Assembly (NCBI GenBank): GCA_934772525.1
Contig: CAKVMI010000001.1
Coordinates: forward strand, 54,613 to 118,612
Direction of reading: 5' to 3'
Source of the DNA: an uncultured Clostridia bacterium
Lineage (GTDB): Bacteria; Bacillota; Clostridia; Christensenellales; UBA1242
DNA: 64,000 bases
The notes beneath the pieces are model-generated. The model was not told the origin of the DNA. It saw only the letters and a program-made list of their open reading frames with translations, and ran no database searches. Position numbers and translations under genes: made by a program. The first letter of the stretch is position 1; the number at the start of each line of letters is the position of its first letter. Shown in pieces: positions 16,652 to 25,350 of the stretch.

Positions 16652-18172
16652 ATGGAAAAAATCGCATTTATTGAAATCAACAATTATATGGCAAAATTGA
16701 TTATTGCTGAAACAAAAACAAACGCTCTATTTAATATAATAACCAAAAGAGTTGTTCCATTAGAGTTAGGGCAAGATTTCGAAAAAGACCATTTTTTCAA
16801 AAGACCACAAATTGATAAGGCGCTAGATGTTTTAAAACAATTTAAGCAAACTTGCAATATGTTTGGTGTAGATAAATCTCACACCATAGGTACTTTTTTA
16901 AGTGACTTAAAACCAAAAAATCTTAATAGTTTTGTGGACGAAGTATATACAAAATGCGGTTTCAAATTAGATTTTTGTGATGAAACCGAACAGTCAAACG
17001 CTTTATTTAAGGCGACACTTGCAACTGTAGATTCTAACAAAGCATTTGCTTGCTTGTTGGAACAAGATTCATTAAGACTAGTTCAATATAATAGAAGGGG
17101 CGTTGTAAATAGTGCAACTTTCTCATTTGGGCCAGTAACACTTTTGCAAAATTTTAGCAAAGATGAATTTAGTGAAGAAGAAAAAAGAATAGAAGCAATA
17201 TCAAGTTATATAGACGCTCAATTAAAAACTATTGAATGGGCTGACGAAGTGAAGCCATTAAAGTTTGTTGGTATTGGTAGATATTTTGAAGATTTATCTA
17301 AAATGGTAATGAAATTCAAAAAGTATCCGTTTAATCGTTCGCATAACTTTGAAATGAATAAAGAAGATATGGAACATATTATTGAGCAAGTTTTGAAAAT
17401 GGGACTAGATGATACTAAAAAACTTAAGAACTTGGATGACGGAAGAGTTGACACTTTTGTGGTTTCGTTAATAATAATGCAAAAACTTTTTGCTATGTTT
17501 GAAACTGAAAATGTAATAATATCTAAAAATGGCGTACTTGAAGGCAGGATTTTGGAAAAGACAATAGTATTAAATCAAGATAAGCCAATTATAGATATAT
17601 TGGAATTTGGCGTAAGTGGTGCAATCATGAATTTGGATGAACGTCAACAACAACATTCAAAACAAGTTGCAAATCTAAGTTCAATAATTTTTAGAGAACT
17701 AAAAGTCGTACATAAATTGCCAAAGGGATATTTAAAGGTATTAAAAGTTGCAGGGGCATTACACGATATAGGTTATATAATTAATTATTATAAACATTCG
17801 GCTCATAGTGCATATGCAATTTTAAATAAAGAAATCTTAGGTCTTACACATAGAGAACAGATACTTGCTTCCTTTGTAGCGTCACTTCATCATGGTGAAG
17901 AAATTGACCTTGCAAGCTGGATAAAATATCAATCTTTATTTGAACCAGAAGACGCACTTGCAGTTAAAAAACTTGGTACAATGCTAAGACTTGCAGAGTG
18001 TTTTGATATAGGTATGAATAATGCAATTACCGATATTCATTGCGATATTTTGGGTGATAGCGTTATATTCAAAACAGAAAACGAAATAGATAAGTCTTTT
18101 GAATTACAAGAAGCACGTACTATGGAAAAGGCTTTTGAACAACTATTTAAAAAGAGATTAGAAATACTTTAG
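16652..18172 (+). CDS. Ppx/GppA-family protein with a C-terminal HD domain; N-terminal phosphate-binding motif is divergent
   Basis: Length and architecture fit the family, and an HD region is present (GALHDIGYIINYYKHSAHSAYAIL). The N-terminus reads IAFIEINNYMAKL where the family has DxGSNS. Start set at the second ATG, 7 nt after GGAG. Confidence 0.55.
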   Translation: MEKIAFIEINNYMAKLIIAETKTNALFNIITKRVVPLELGQDFEKDHFFKRPQIDKALDVLKQFKQTCNMFGVDKSHTIGTFLSDLKPKNLNSFVDEVYTKCGFKLDFCDETEQSNALFKATLATVDSNKAFACLLEQDSLRLVQYNRRGVVNSATFSFGPVTLLQNFSKDEFSEEEKRIEAISSYIDAQLKTIEWADEVKPLKFVGIGRYFEDLSKMVMKFKKYPFNRSHNFEMNKEDMEHIIEQVLKMGLDDTKKLKNLDDGRVDTFVVSLIIMQKLFAMFETENVIISKNGVLEGRILEKTIVLNQDKPIIDILEFGVSGAIMNLDERQQQHSKQVANLSSIIFRELKVVHKLPKGYLKVLKVAGALHDIGYIINYYKHSAHSAYAILNKEILGLTHREQILASFVASLHHGEEIDLASWIKYQSLFEPEDALAVKKLGTMLRLAECFDIGMNNAITDIHCDILGDSVIFKTENEIDKSFELQEARTMEKAFEQLFKKRLEIL

Positions 18173-18221
18173 AATAAAGGATTAATTTAATCGGGGAATA
18201 ATTTTTCGGGAGATGGGTTAA

Positions 18222-19226
18222 ATGCAGTATACAATCGCTATTAAACTTGGAAGTTCCAATACGTCCATTTTAAAACAAGGCGAAGGGTTGGTGCTATTTG
18301 AACCATCTCTCGTTGCTTTTACTGGAAATAATAAAGATAGAACCATTAGGGGCGTCGGCATAAAAGCAAAGAGAATGCTTGGAAGAACGGACGAACTGAC
18401 CCATGTAGTAAGCCCAATAGAGAAAGGAAAAATCGTAGACCCTAAACTTTGTGAAGTTATGCTAAAGTACTTCTTAGAAAAAGTTTTAGGAAGGGGACTA
18501 GTAAAACCAAAAATAAAGGCGGTTTGTTGTGTTCCTTTAAGTTACAGTATTCAAGATAGAAAACTACTTGAAGAAGTGTGCTACAATGTCGGTATTTTTG
18601 ATGTAAAGATAGTTCCAAGTATTATGTGTGGAGCGCTAGGGTATAACTTTGATGTAGATGAGCCAAAGGGTATTTGTATGGTGAATATTGGTGGTGGGTC
18701 TACCGATATTGCCGTATGTAGTATGAATTCAATCATCGCTGGTGTAAACGTTGGCGTTGGTGGACTAACTATAGATTCCGCCATAGAAGAAACGATTTTA
18801 GATAAGTTTAAGTTGCAAATTGGTTTTGGTGTTGCAGAAAAATTAAAGGAAGATGTCGCAAGTCTATATAAAAATGATTCATCTCGTGCAGAAGTTAGCG
18901 GGATAGATACAGAAACCAAAATGGCAAAAGACCAAATAGTTAATTCAGCAGATTTATTTTCGGCTATAGAACCATATTACGCAAGTGTTGTGGACGCTAT
19001 AAAAACCGTTTTAAATAATTGCCCACCAAATATAGTACAAGATGTCGTAAATGGCGGAATTTGCTTGATGGGTGGAGCAAGTTTAGTAACGGGAGTTGAA
19101 CAATATTTTAAGAAAATGCTGGGCATAAATATTAGAGTTGAAGATTATACAACGGCAATTGATGTTCTTGGTGCTGGAAAACTATTAGAGAACAACTCTT
19201 TATTAAAACAATATACTGAAATATAA
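18222..19226 (+). CDS. MreB/Mbl-like actin homolog (divergent)
   Basis: Collinear with MreB over the full length: EPSLVA, NIGGGSTDIA, LMGGASL. Confidence 0.7.
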   Translation: MQYTIAIKLGSSNTSILKQGEGLVLFEPSLVAFTGNNKDRTIRGVGIKAKRMLGRTDELTHVVSPIEKGKIVDPKLCEVMLKYFLEKVLGRGLVKPKIKAVCCVPLSYSIQDRKLLEEVCYNVGIFDVKIVPSIMCGALGYNFDVDEPKGICMVNIGGGSTDIAVCSMNSIIAGVNVGVGGLTIDSAIEETILDKFKLQIGFGVAEKLKEDVASLYKNDSSRAEVSGIDTETKMAKDQIVNSADLFSAIEPYYASVVDAIKTVLNNCPPNIVQDVVNGGICLMGGASLVTGVEQYFKKMLGINIRVEDYTTAIDVLGAGKLLENNSLLKQYTEI

Positions 19227-19352
19227 AAAATTATAGTTATTGAACAATTAGTTTTTGTTATTAAAATCATTTAAAAGTTATATTATTTTCATATTGTATT
19301 TTGTTTGTTTCAAAAAATTTGTACTTTAGTTTATATTTATAATAAATTCAAG

Positions 19353-19382
19353 AGAACCAGATTAATATTCTGGTTCTTTTTT
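19353..19382 (+). terminator. Terminator after the mreB-like gene
   Basis: Stem AGAACCAG / CTGGTTCT followed by TTTTT. Confidence 0.75.
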
Positions 19383-19429
19383 GATAAATAAATTTTTTAA
19401 TAGATTTTCAAAAATGACATTCTAAAATA

Positions 19430-19458
19430 TTGACTTTGTTTTAAATGTTTGATATTAT
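19430..19458 (+). promoter_or_regulatory. Candidate promoter about 590 nt upstream of the ABC-F gene
   Basis: TTGACT, 17 nt spacer, TATTAT. Followed by an AGAGGGA RBS-like element and a 3-codon mini-ORF, ATG GTT CAA TAG, at 19483-19494. Confidence 0.4.
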
Positions 19459-20051
19459 GAAAACAAAGAGGGATATATAGACATGGTTCAATAGTTAAAA
19501 AACAGAAATCTAAATATTTTTAAAAACCCAAGTAGTTTAAAATAACTGCTATATGGTAATCACTATTGTCATTAATGAGAAATTGATGGACAAAGTTTTC
19601 TTGATTACAAGAAAAGTAAATGATATTCTGAATTGTTTTGATAACTAATGAAACTGAATAAATATATGTCTAAAAATAAGTAAAAAATAAAAAATTAAAT
19701 GATTACTCTTTTTATAAAGAGTTTTAGGACTAGGTTTTGACCTATTTATGATAAAAAATGTGTAGGGTAAATTTAATAATGAGTTTTGCTCTATACTGGT
19801 AATTATAATCATAATCAATTGACCAATGTTAAAAAAACATATAAATTCGTTATTATAAAGGCAAATAAAATAATTATTTCATAATTTGCTTTATTAAAAG
19901 TTTTTAGTAAATATATCTTTATTCCGTTATGCAATAGTGATTGCAGATTTAATGGGTATTTAAAAATGTGAAAATAAATCTGATGATTGTCAAAAGAAAT
20001 TATTAGATGAAAAAAATTAACCATTAAATTTTAAATTAAGGAGATAAAGAG

Positions 20052-21617
20052 ATGTTGGATGTAAATAAATTATCTATAACTATAAACAAAAACGGGCGTA
20101 AACTTATAGAAAATTTAACTTTCTCTTTAAATAGTGGAGATAAAATTGCTATTATTGGTGAAGAGGGTAATGGTAAAAGTACTATTGTGAAAGCAATAGT
20201 TGATAAAAACTTGGTAAAGTATGCGACAATTAAAGGAGAAATAAACAAACATGGACACACTATAGGATATTTAAGCCAGTTTATTCCAAGTGAATGGAAT
20301 TCTGAAACGGTGACTTCATATTTTTTGAAAGATGATCCAAACGCCGAAGAAGATTTTGATAGATATAACGATTTTGACCGACTTTATAAGCTAGCGTCAT
20401 TATTAAACTTAGATGAAAGAATGTTTGAAAATGAAATAAAGATAGGAAGCTTGTCGGGTGGAGAGAAAATTAAAATTCAACTTTTAAAAATACTAAAAGA
20501 TGATCCTGATATATTGGTTTTGGATGAACCAACTAATGATTTGGATATTAAGTCGTTGCAGTGGTTAGAAAATTTTATCTCAAAAAGCGAAAAACCAATA
20601 TTATATATTTCACACGATGAAACGTTATTGGAAAACACTGCAAATGCAATTATTCATATAGAACAATTAAAAAAGAAAAGAGTTTCGAAAACGACATTTA
20701 AAAGACTGGGCTATAAAGATTTTGTGCAAGATAGAAATGAAACACTACAAAAAGACGAGCAAATTGCACTTAAAGAACGTGAAGAAGATAGAAAAAGAAT
20801 GGAAAAGTGGCGACAAGTTTATAACAGAGTTGATTATGAATTAAATACAATTACCCGACAGGATCCTGCTGGTGCAAGACTATTAAAGAAAAAAATGAAG
20901 TCGGTAAAATCTCAAGAGAAGAGATTTGAAAAACAAAGAGAAAATTTTAGGGAAATCCCTGACCCAGAAGAAACAATAACTATTAAATTAGGAGAAGATA
21001 AGACTGCTCTTGCTAAAAAAATATTTGATACTAACATACCAAGTTTAGAAGTTGGTGGTAAAATTTTGTCAAAAAACTTACATTTAAGTATGTTTGGTTC
21101 GAAAAAATATGTTATAATTGGTGACAACGGAGTAGGAAAAACCACTTTTATCAAGAAATTATATTCTAAGTTATATGAAGATGGTAATATAAGTGTTGCG
21201 TATATGCCACAAAATTATGATGATTACCTTAATAATTTTGAAAGTGTTTTAGATTTTATATCTTCTTTTTGTCACACCAAAGATGATATTACGAAAGCTA
21301 GAACATATCTTGGTAGTATGAAGTTTACAAGCGAAGAAACAGAAGGATTGGTTAACGAGTTGTCTGGTGGACAGAAAGCTAAGTTATATTTGTTGAAGTT
21401 GGTTTTGAGCAATGCCAGTTTGTTGTTGTTGGATGAACCAACGAGAAACTTAAGTCCGTTATCAAATCCTATCATAAGAAATGTGTTTAAAAATTATAAA
21501 GGTGCGATAGTTGCAATCTCTCATGATAGAAAATTTATTTCAGAAGTTGCTGATGAAGTGTTTCGGTTAACCCAAAAAGGATTTGAAGTCGTAGATAAAG
21601 AATTGATAATTCAATAA
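20052..21617 (+). CDS. ABC-F family ATPase (two intact NBDs joined by a charged linker, no TM domain); possibly an ARE-type ribosome-protection factor
   Basis: NBD1 has GEEGNGKST, LSGGEKIK, LVLDEPTNDLD and SHD. NBD2 has GDNGVGKTT, LSGGQKAK, LLLDEPTRNL and SHD. A linker of about 90 aa rich in K/R/E joins them. 521 aa. Confidence 0.75.
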   Translation: MLDVNKLSITINKNGRKLIENLTFSLNSGDKIAIIGEEGNGKSTIVKAIVDKNLVKYATIKGEINKHGHTIGYLSQFIPSEWNSETVTSYFLKDDPNAEEDFDRYNDFDRLYKLASLLNLDERMFENEIKIGSLSGGEKIKIQLLKILKDDPDILVLDEPTNDLDIKSLQWLENFISKSEKPILYISHDETLLENTANAIIHIEQLKKKRVSKTTFKRLGYKDFVQDRNETLQKDEQIALKEREEDRKRMEKWRQVYNRVDYELNTITRQDPAGARLLKKKMKSVKSQEKRFEKQRENFREIPDPEETITIKLGEDKTALAKKIFDTNIPSLEVGGKILSKNLHLSMFGSKKYVIIGDNGVGKTTFIKKLYSKLYEDGNISVAYMPQNYDDYLNNFESVLDFISSFCHTKDDITKARTYLGSMKFTSEETEGLVNELSGGQKAKLYLLKLVLSNASLLLLDEPTRNLSPLSNPIIRNVFKNYKGAIVAISHDRKFISEVADEVFRLTQKGFEVVDKELIIQ

Positions 21618-21701
21618 TATTAAGTTGATAAGTTTAGTGTAAGCCTAATTAACATTACAATTAAAATGCAAAAGTTTTCGTTTTTTATAAAAATATTAAA
21701 C

Positions 21702-21736
21702 AAAAAACATTGGAAAAAATAATTCCAATGTTTTTT
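21702..21736. terminator. Bidirectional terminator between the ABC-F gene and glyQS
   Basis: Stem ACATTGGAA / TTCCAATGT flanked by an A-run and a T-run. Confidence 0.7.
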
Positions 21737-21803
21737 AATTTCTAAACTTTTTAATTTTTAAAATTTTATAAAAGTTATTTAAGGTTTTGAATTGATTTTT
21801 AAA

Positions 21804-23180
21804 TTAGTTAAATTGGATGCGGTCGTTTATGTATGAATATAGGTCGGATATATTCAATCTAATTTGTTCCATACTATCACGGTCACGAATGGTTACGGTA
21901 TCATTTTCTAGAGTATCAAAATCTATTGTTATGCAGAATGGTGTACCAATTTCATCTTGACGGCGGTATCTTTTACCAATAGAACCAGATTCATCATAGT
22001 CTACATTAAAGTGTTTAGAAAGATTTTTATAAACTTCTAAAGCTTTTTCGTTTAAATTCTTTTGTAGTGGAAGAATTGCACATTTGTATGGGGCTATTGC
22101 AGGGTTTAAGTGTAATACAACTCTTGTGTCATTTTCAAGTTGTTCTTCGTCATATGCTTCGCAAAGTATTGCAAGCATTAATCTATCTGCACCTATAGAA
22201 TATTCAATTACGGTTGGAATAAATCTTTCGTTGGTAAATGGGTCAAGGTAACTCATATTTTTGCCGGAATATTCTTGGTGACGAGATAAATCCCACGTGC
22301 CACGATGATGAATACCATTTAGTTCTTGCCAGCCCATAGGGAACAAGTATTGAATATCGCATGCAGCTTTTGCGTAGTGAGCTAGTTTATCGTGGTCATG
22401 AAATCTTAGTTTATCTGCAGATAAACCTAAGTCTTCTACAAACTTTAATGCACGTTCTTTGTAGTCGTTGTAAAATTTCATAGAATCGGTATCATGGCAG
22501 AATCTTTGTAATTCCATTTGTTCGAATTCAATAGTTCTAAATAGGAAGTTTCCTGGAGTGATTTCGTTTCTGAATGATTTACCGATTTGGGCAATAGCAA
22601 AAGGAATTTTTGCTCTGCAACTTCTTTGAACGTTTAAAAAGTTTACATATTCGCCTTGGCAAGTTTCTGGACGAAGATAAACGGTATCTTTTTGACCGTC
22701 TATAGTTCCACGGCTTGTCTCAAACATTAGTTTAAATTGACGAATTGGTGTCCAATCTTGCTTACCGCAAACAGGGCAACAGATGTGGTTGTCTGCTACA
22801 TATTTTTCCATTTCTTCAAATGTCATCTTATCTGGAACGACGGTGCCAGTTTTATCATGCTTTTCGATTAATGTGTCTGCTCTAAATCTTTGTTTGCAAT
22901 TTTTGCAATCCATTTTTGGGTCACCAAAACTTTGAACGTGTCCGCTGGCTTCCCAAGTAGTTGGGTTCATTAGTATTGCAGCGTCTACGCCGTAAGTAGA
23001 AGGGTCTTCTTGTACAAACCTTTTCCACCATGCACGCTTAATGTTATTTTTTAATTCTACGCCTATTGGGCCAAAGTCCCAAGTGTTTGCGAAACCACCA
23101 TAAATTTCACTGCCTGGGAAGATAATTCCACGATTTTTACAAAGATTTACGATGGTGTCCATTGTTAATTTTTTTTCCAT
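21804..23180 (-). CDS. glyQS: Glycine--tRNA ligase (class II, GlyQS type)
   Basis: 458 aa; IVNLCKNRGIIFPGSEIYGGFANTWDFGPIGVELKNNIK is typical of GlyQS. A T-box leader lies upstream. Confidence 0.9.
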   Translation of the reverse strand: MEKKLTMDTIVNLCKNRGIIFPGSEIYGGFANTWDFGPIGVELKNNIKRAWWKRFVQEDPSTYGVDAAILMNPTTWEASGHVQSFGDPKMDCKNCKQRFRADTLIEKHDKTGTVVPDKMTFEEMEKYVADNHICCPVCGKQDWTPIRQFKLMFETSRGTIDGQKDTVYLRPETCQGEYVNFLNVQRSCRAKIPFAIAQIGKSFRNEITPGNFLFRTIEFEQMELQRFCHDTDSMKFYNDYKERALKFVEDLGLSADKLRFHDHDKLAHYAKAACDIQYLFPMGWQELNGIHHRGTWDLSRHQEYSGKNMSYLDPFTNERFIPTVIEYSIGADRLMLAILCEAYDEEQLENDTRVVLHLNPAIAPYKCAILPLQKNLNEKALEVYKNLSKHFNVDYDESGSIGKRYRRQDEIGTPFCITIDFDTLENDTVTIRDRDSMEQIRLNISDLYSYINDRIQFN

Positions 23181-23386
23181 AATAATCTCCTTTTTATTTT
23201 ATAATACAAAAAACCCTTGCAAAATACTTTTGATTTTCCAAAAGTTTTTTACAAGGGACGGTTGATAATCCGCGGTTCCACCCTAATTGGTAAATTTTAC
23301 CCACTCTTATTTTTTAACGTAGGTTGCCCTACGGACAGCATTTTACTGCCTCCTAGCAAATCGCCACTTTGCTTCAATCGGAATTT
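23181..23386 (-). promoter_or_regulatory. T-box riboswitch leader (glycine) with terminator/antiterminator
   Basis: Read on the minus strand: T-box sequence AATTAGGGTGGAACCGCGG (23270-23288). Terminator CCCTTGTAAAAAAC...GCAAGGG plus T-run (23214-23257). Candidate GGC specifier in GTAGGGCAAC. Confidence 0.8.
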
Positions 23387-23392
23387 GAGTAG

Positions 23393-23421
23393 AGTATAGC
23401 ACAGCATATATTTGTTGTCAA
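23393..23421 (-). promoter_or_regulatory. Promoter of the glyQS T-box leader
   Basis: On the minus strand: TTGACA, 17 nt spacer, TATACT. Confidence 0.6.
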
Positions 23422-23586
23422 GCAATAAAAAACTAAATTTGTCAAAAAATTGCGGATAAGTTAGTATATATTAATGAAAAATATTAATTAGTTATAAATT
23501 TTCACGAAAATTTTAAAAAATACTATTCACTTTTTCGTTTTGGTTGTGTTATAATAAAGTTACATAAACAAATTGCAAGGAGAAAA

Positions 23587-24660
23587 ATGATGTTAAGTTT
23601 AAAAAATGTATGCAAAACAGTATTAAATTCAAAAAAACAAACGGTAAAAGTACTTACAAATGTGAGTTTGGAGATTAGGCAAGGAGATTTTGTATGCATT
23701 CAAGGGGCTAATGGCTCGGGCAAAAGTGCAATTTTGAATATTGTCGGTGGCAGAGATATGGATTTTGAAGGGGAGTATTACATTGATGGTATAGAACTTT
23801 CAAGATATACCCCAAAGCAATTATCTGCACTAAGATTAGAAAAGTTTGGATTTGTATCCGAAAATTTAGATTTGTTTGATAAACTTACAGTAGAAGATAA
23901 TGTTGGAATTGCTTTGAGGTGGGCAAAAATTAAAAAGCAAGAAAGAGGAGCAATGATAGAAAGGGCGTTAAATAGCGTTGGACTATCGGGTGCTATTGCT
24001 AAGTTAAAACCAGTAGATTTGTCTGCTGGTCAACTTCAAAGAGTTATGATTGCAAGAGCAATAGTTCTTGAACCAAAGGTTGTTTTAATAGATAATCCTA
24101 CTGCAAGACTAGATGAAGAATCGGGTTTGATGATTCTTAACTTGTTAAACAGATTAAATAAAGATGGTGTAACTGTAGTTGTTGTAAGTAATGACGAGAG
24201 ATATTTGTTTAAGGCAAAGAGAGTATTTACGGTTAGCCGTGGTATGGTTGTAGAAAATTTAAAAGTTACCCGTGGTAAAAATATGGGTGAAGTGATAGGC
24301 ATAGATGAAAAGATTGCCGAAAAAAAATCGTCTGGCGTTAGAAAAACTGTTATCACTCCACAAAAACAAAATTCTCAAAATAAGGGAATGAGTATTGGTG
24401 AAGCACTTGCTCTAAAAGAAGAACAAGAAAAACAACTTGCAGAAGAAGAGCAAAATAGAAAAAGAGAAGAAGAAAAAGCCGGTGAGCAATTGTCAATTTC
24501 TGGAATTGAAACAGACCAGACAAAGCCCGCAAAAAAAACAAGTACAAAATCAGTAAAAACTAGCGAAAGCAAAAAGAGTACTACAAAAAAACAAGTTGAA
24601 GAGAGTTCGGAATTTATGATTCAACCTGTTAAATCGGGGAAGAAAAAGACAACAAAGTAG
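23587..24660 (+). CDS. ABC-type nucleotide-binding protein with substituted catalytic residues and a ~125-aa K/E/T-rich tail
   Basis: Walker A GANGSGKS and signature LSAGQLQRV are present. Walker B reads VVLIDNPT (DN where I expect DE), the H-loop region reads VVVVSNDE (N for H), and the Q-loop region reads FVSEN (E for Q). Confidence 0.7.
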   Translation: MMLSLKNVCKTVLNSKKQTVKVLTNVSLEIRQGDFVCIQGANGSGKSAILNIVGGRDMDFEGEYYIDGIELSRYTPKQLSALRLEKFGFVSENLDLFDKLTVEDNVGIALRWAKIKKQERGAMIERALNSVGLSGAIAKLKPVDLSAGQLQRVMIARAIVLEPKVVLIDNPTARLDEESGLMILNLLNRLNKDGVTVVVVSNDERYLFKAKRVFTVSRGMVVENLKVTRGKNMGEVIGIDEKIAEKKSSGVRKTVITPQKQNSQNKGMSIGEALALKEEQEKQLAEEEQNRKREEEKAGEQLSISGIETDQTKPAKKTSTKSVKTSESKKSTTKKQVEESSEFMIQPVKSGKKKTTK

Positions 24661-24672
24661 GTTGATTATTTA

Positions 24673-25254
24673 ATGTTAGATCAATTTAAAATTTACAAAG
24701 ACTCATTTTTAATGAATAAAGTAAGATATATCAGTACAATTATTATTGGACTAGTTTGTATGGCGGGGGCGATTATCGTTCCTGCCATTATAACAGCAAA
24801 AATGGGTTTTTATATTGCTAATCTTAGCCAAAATGTTAGTGGGGCGTATAACTATATTATTTCAAATTCGTTAGAAGTAGAAAACATAGTGTCAGATGTA
24901 AGAATTGTAATTTTAATTTTAGTGACCGTTGTACTTATTACATTAAATGTTTTAAATGTTGTTTTAGAAAAGGAAACATACATTGCAAAAACAAATATGG
25001 GTAAACTTAGGTCGGATACTTGCAAAGAGATTATCTTTAAATCGGTAATTAATAGTTTAATTATGATTATATTAGGTTTTATAGTTGGAATAATTGTTGT
25101 TGATACTTATGGTAGTATGCAATATATAATTATAAAAGTTAGTATGCAAGATTGTCTAATTCCTTCGTTGGTTGGGCTTTTCGTAGGTGGTATTTCAAGT
25201 TTCGTAACATTTTTGCTTTTGATTGATAAATCTAGGGAAATAAAAGGTTTTTAA
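24673..25254 (+). CDS. Small multi-pass membrane protein, probable partner of the upstream ABC protein
   Basis: 193 aa with about 4 hydrophobic helices; 12 nt downstream of the ABC gene. No motif recognised. Confidence 0.4.
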   Translation: MLDQFKIYKDSFLMNKVRYISTIIIGLVCMAGAIIVPAIITAKMGFYIANLSQNVSGAYNYIISNSLEVENIVSDVRIVILILVTVVLITLNVLNVVLEKETYIAKTNMGKLRSDTCKEIIFKSVINSLIMIILGFIVGIIVVDTYGSMQYIIIKVSMQDCLIPSLVGLFVGGISSFVTFLLLIDKSREIKGF

Positions 25255-25350
25255 TGTATAATAATGTTGTTGACAATTAGCGTCAAAATGTTTTAAAATA
25301 TATAGGTAGATATAACACTATTTAAAGAAAATTAGGAGAATACTAAAAAT

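Noticed and set aside
19815-20260. Minus-strand ORFs at 19815-20024 and 20036-20260, near or overlapping the ABC-F start.
   Set aside because: No RBS and an implausible composition. The second overlaps the well-supported ABC-F N-terminus.
23217-23399. 60-aa + strand ORF from the track.
   Set aside because: It lies entirely within the minus-strand glyQS T-box leader and terminator, and it has no RBS.
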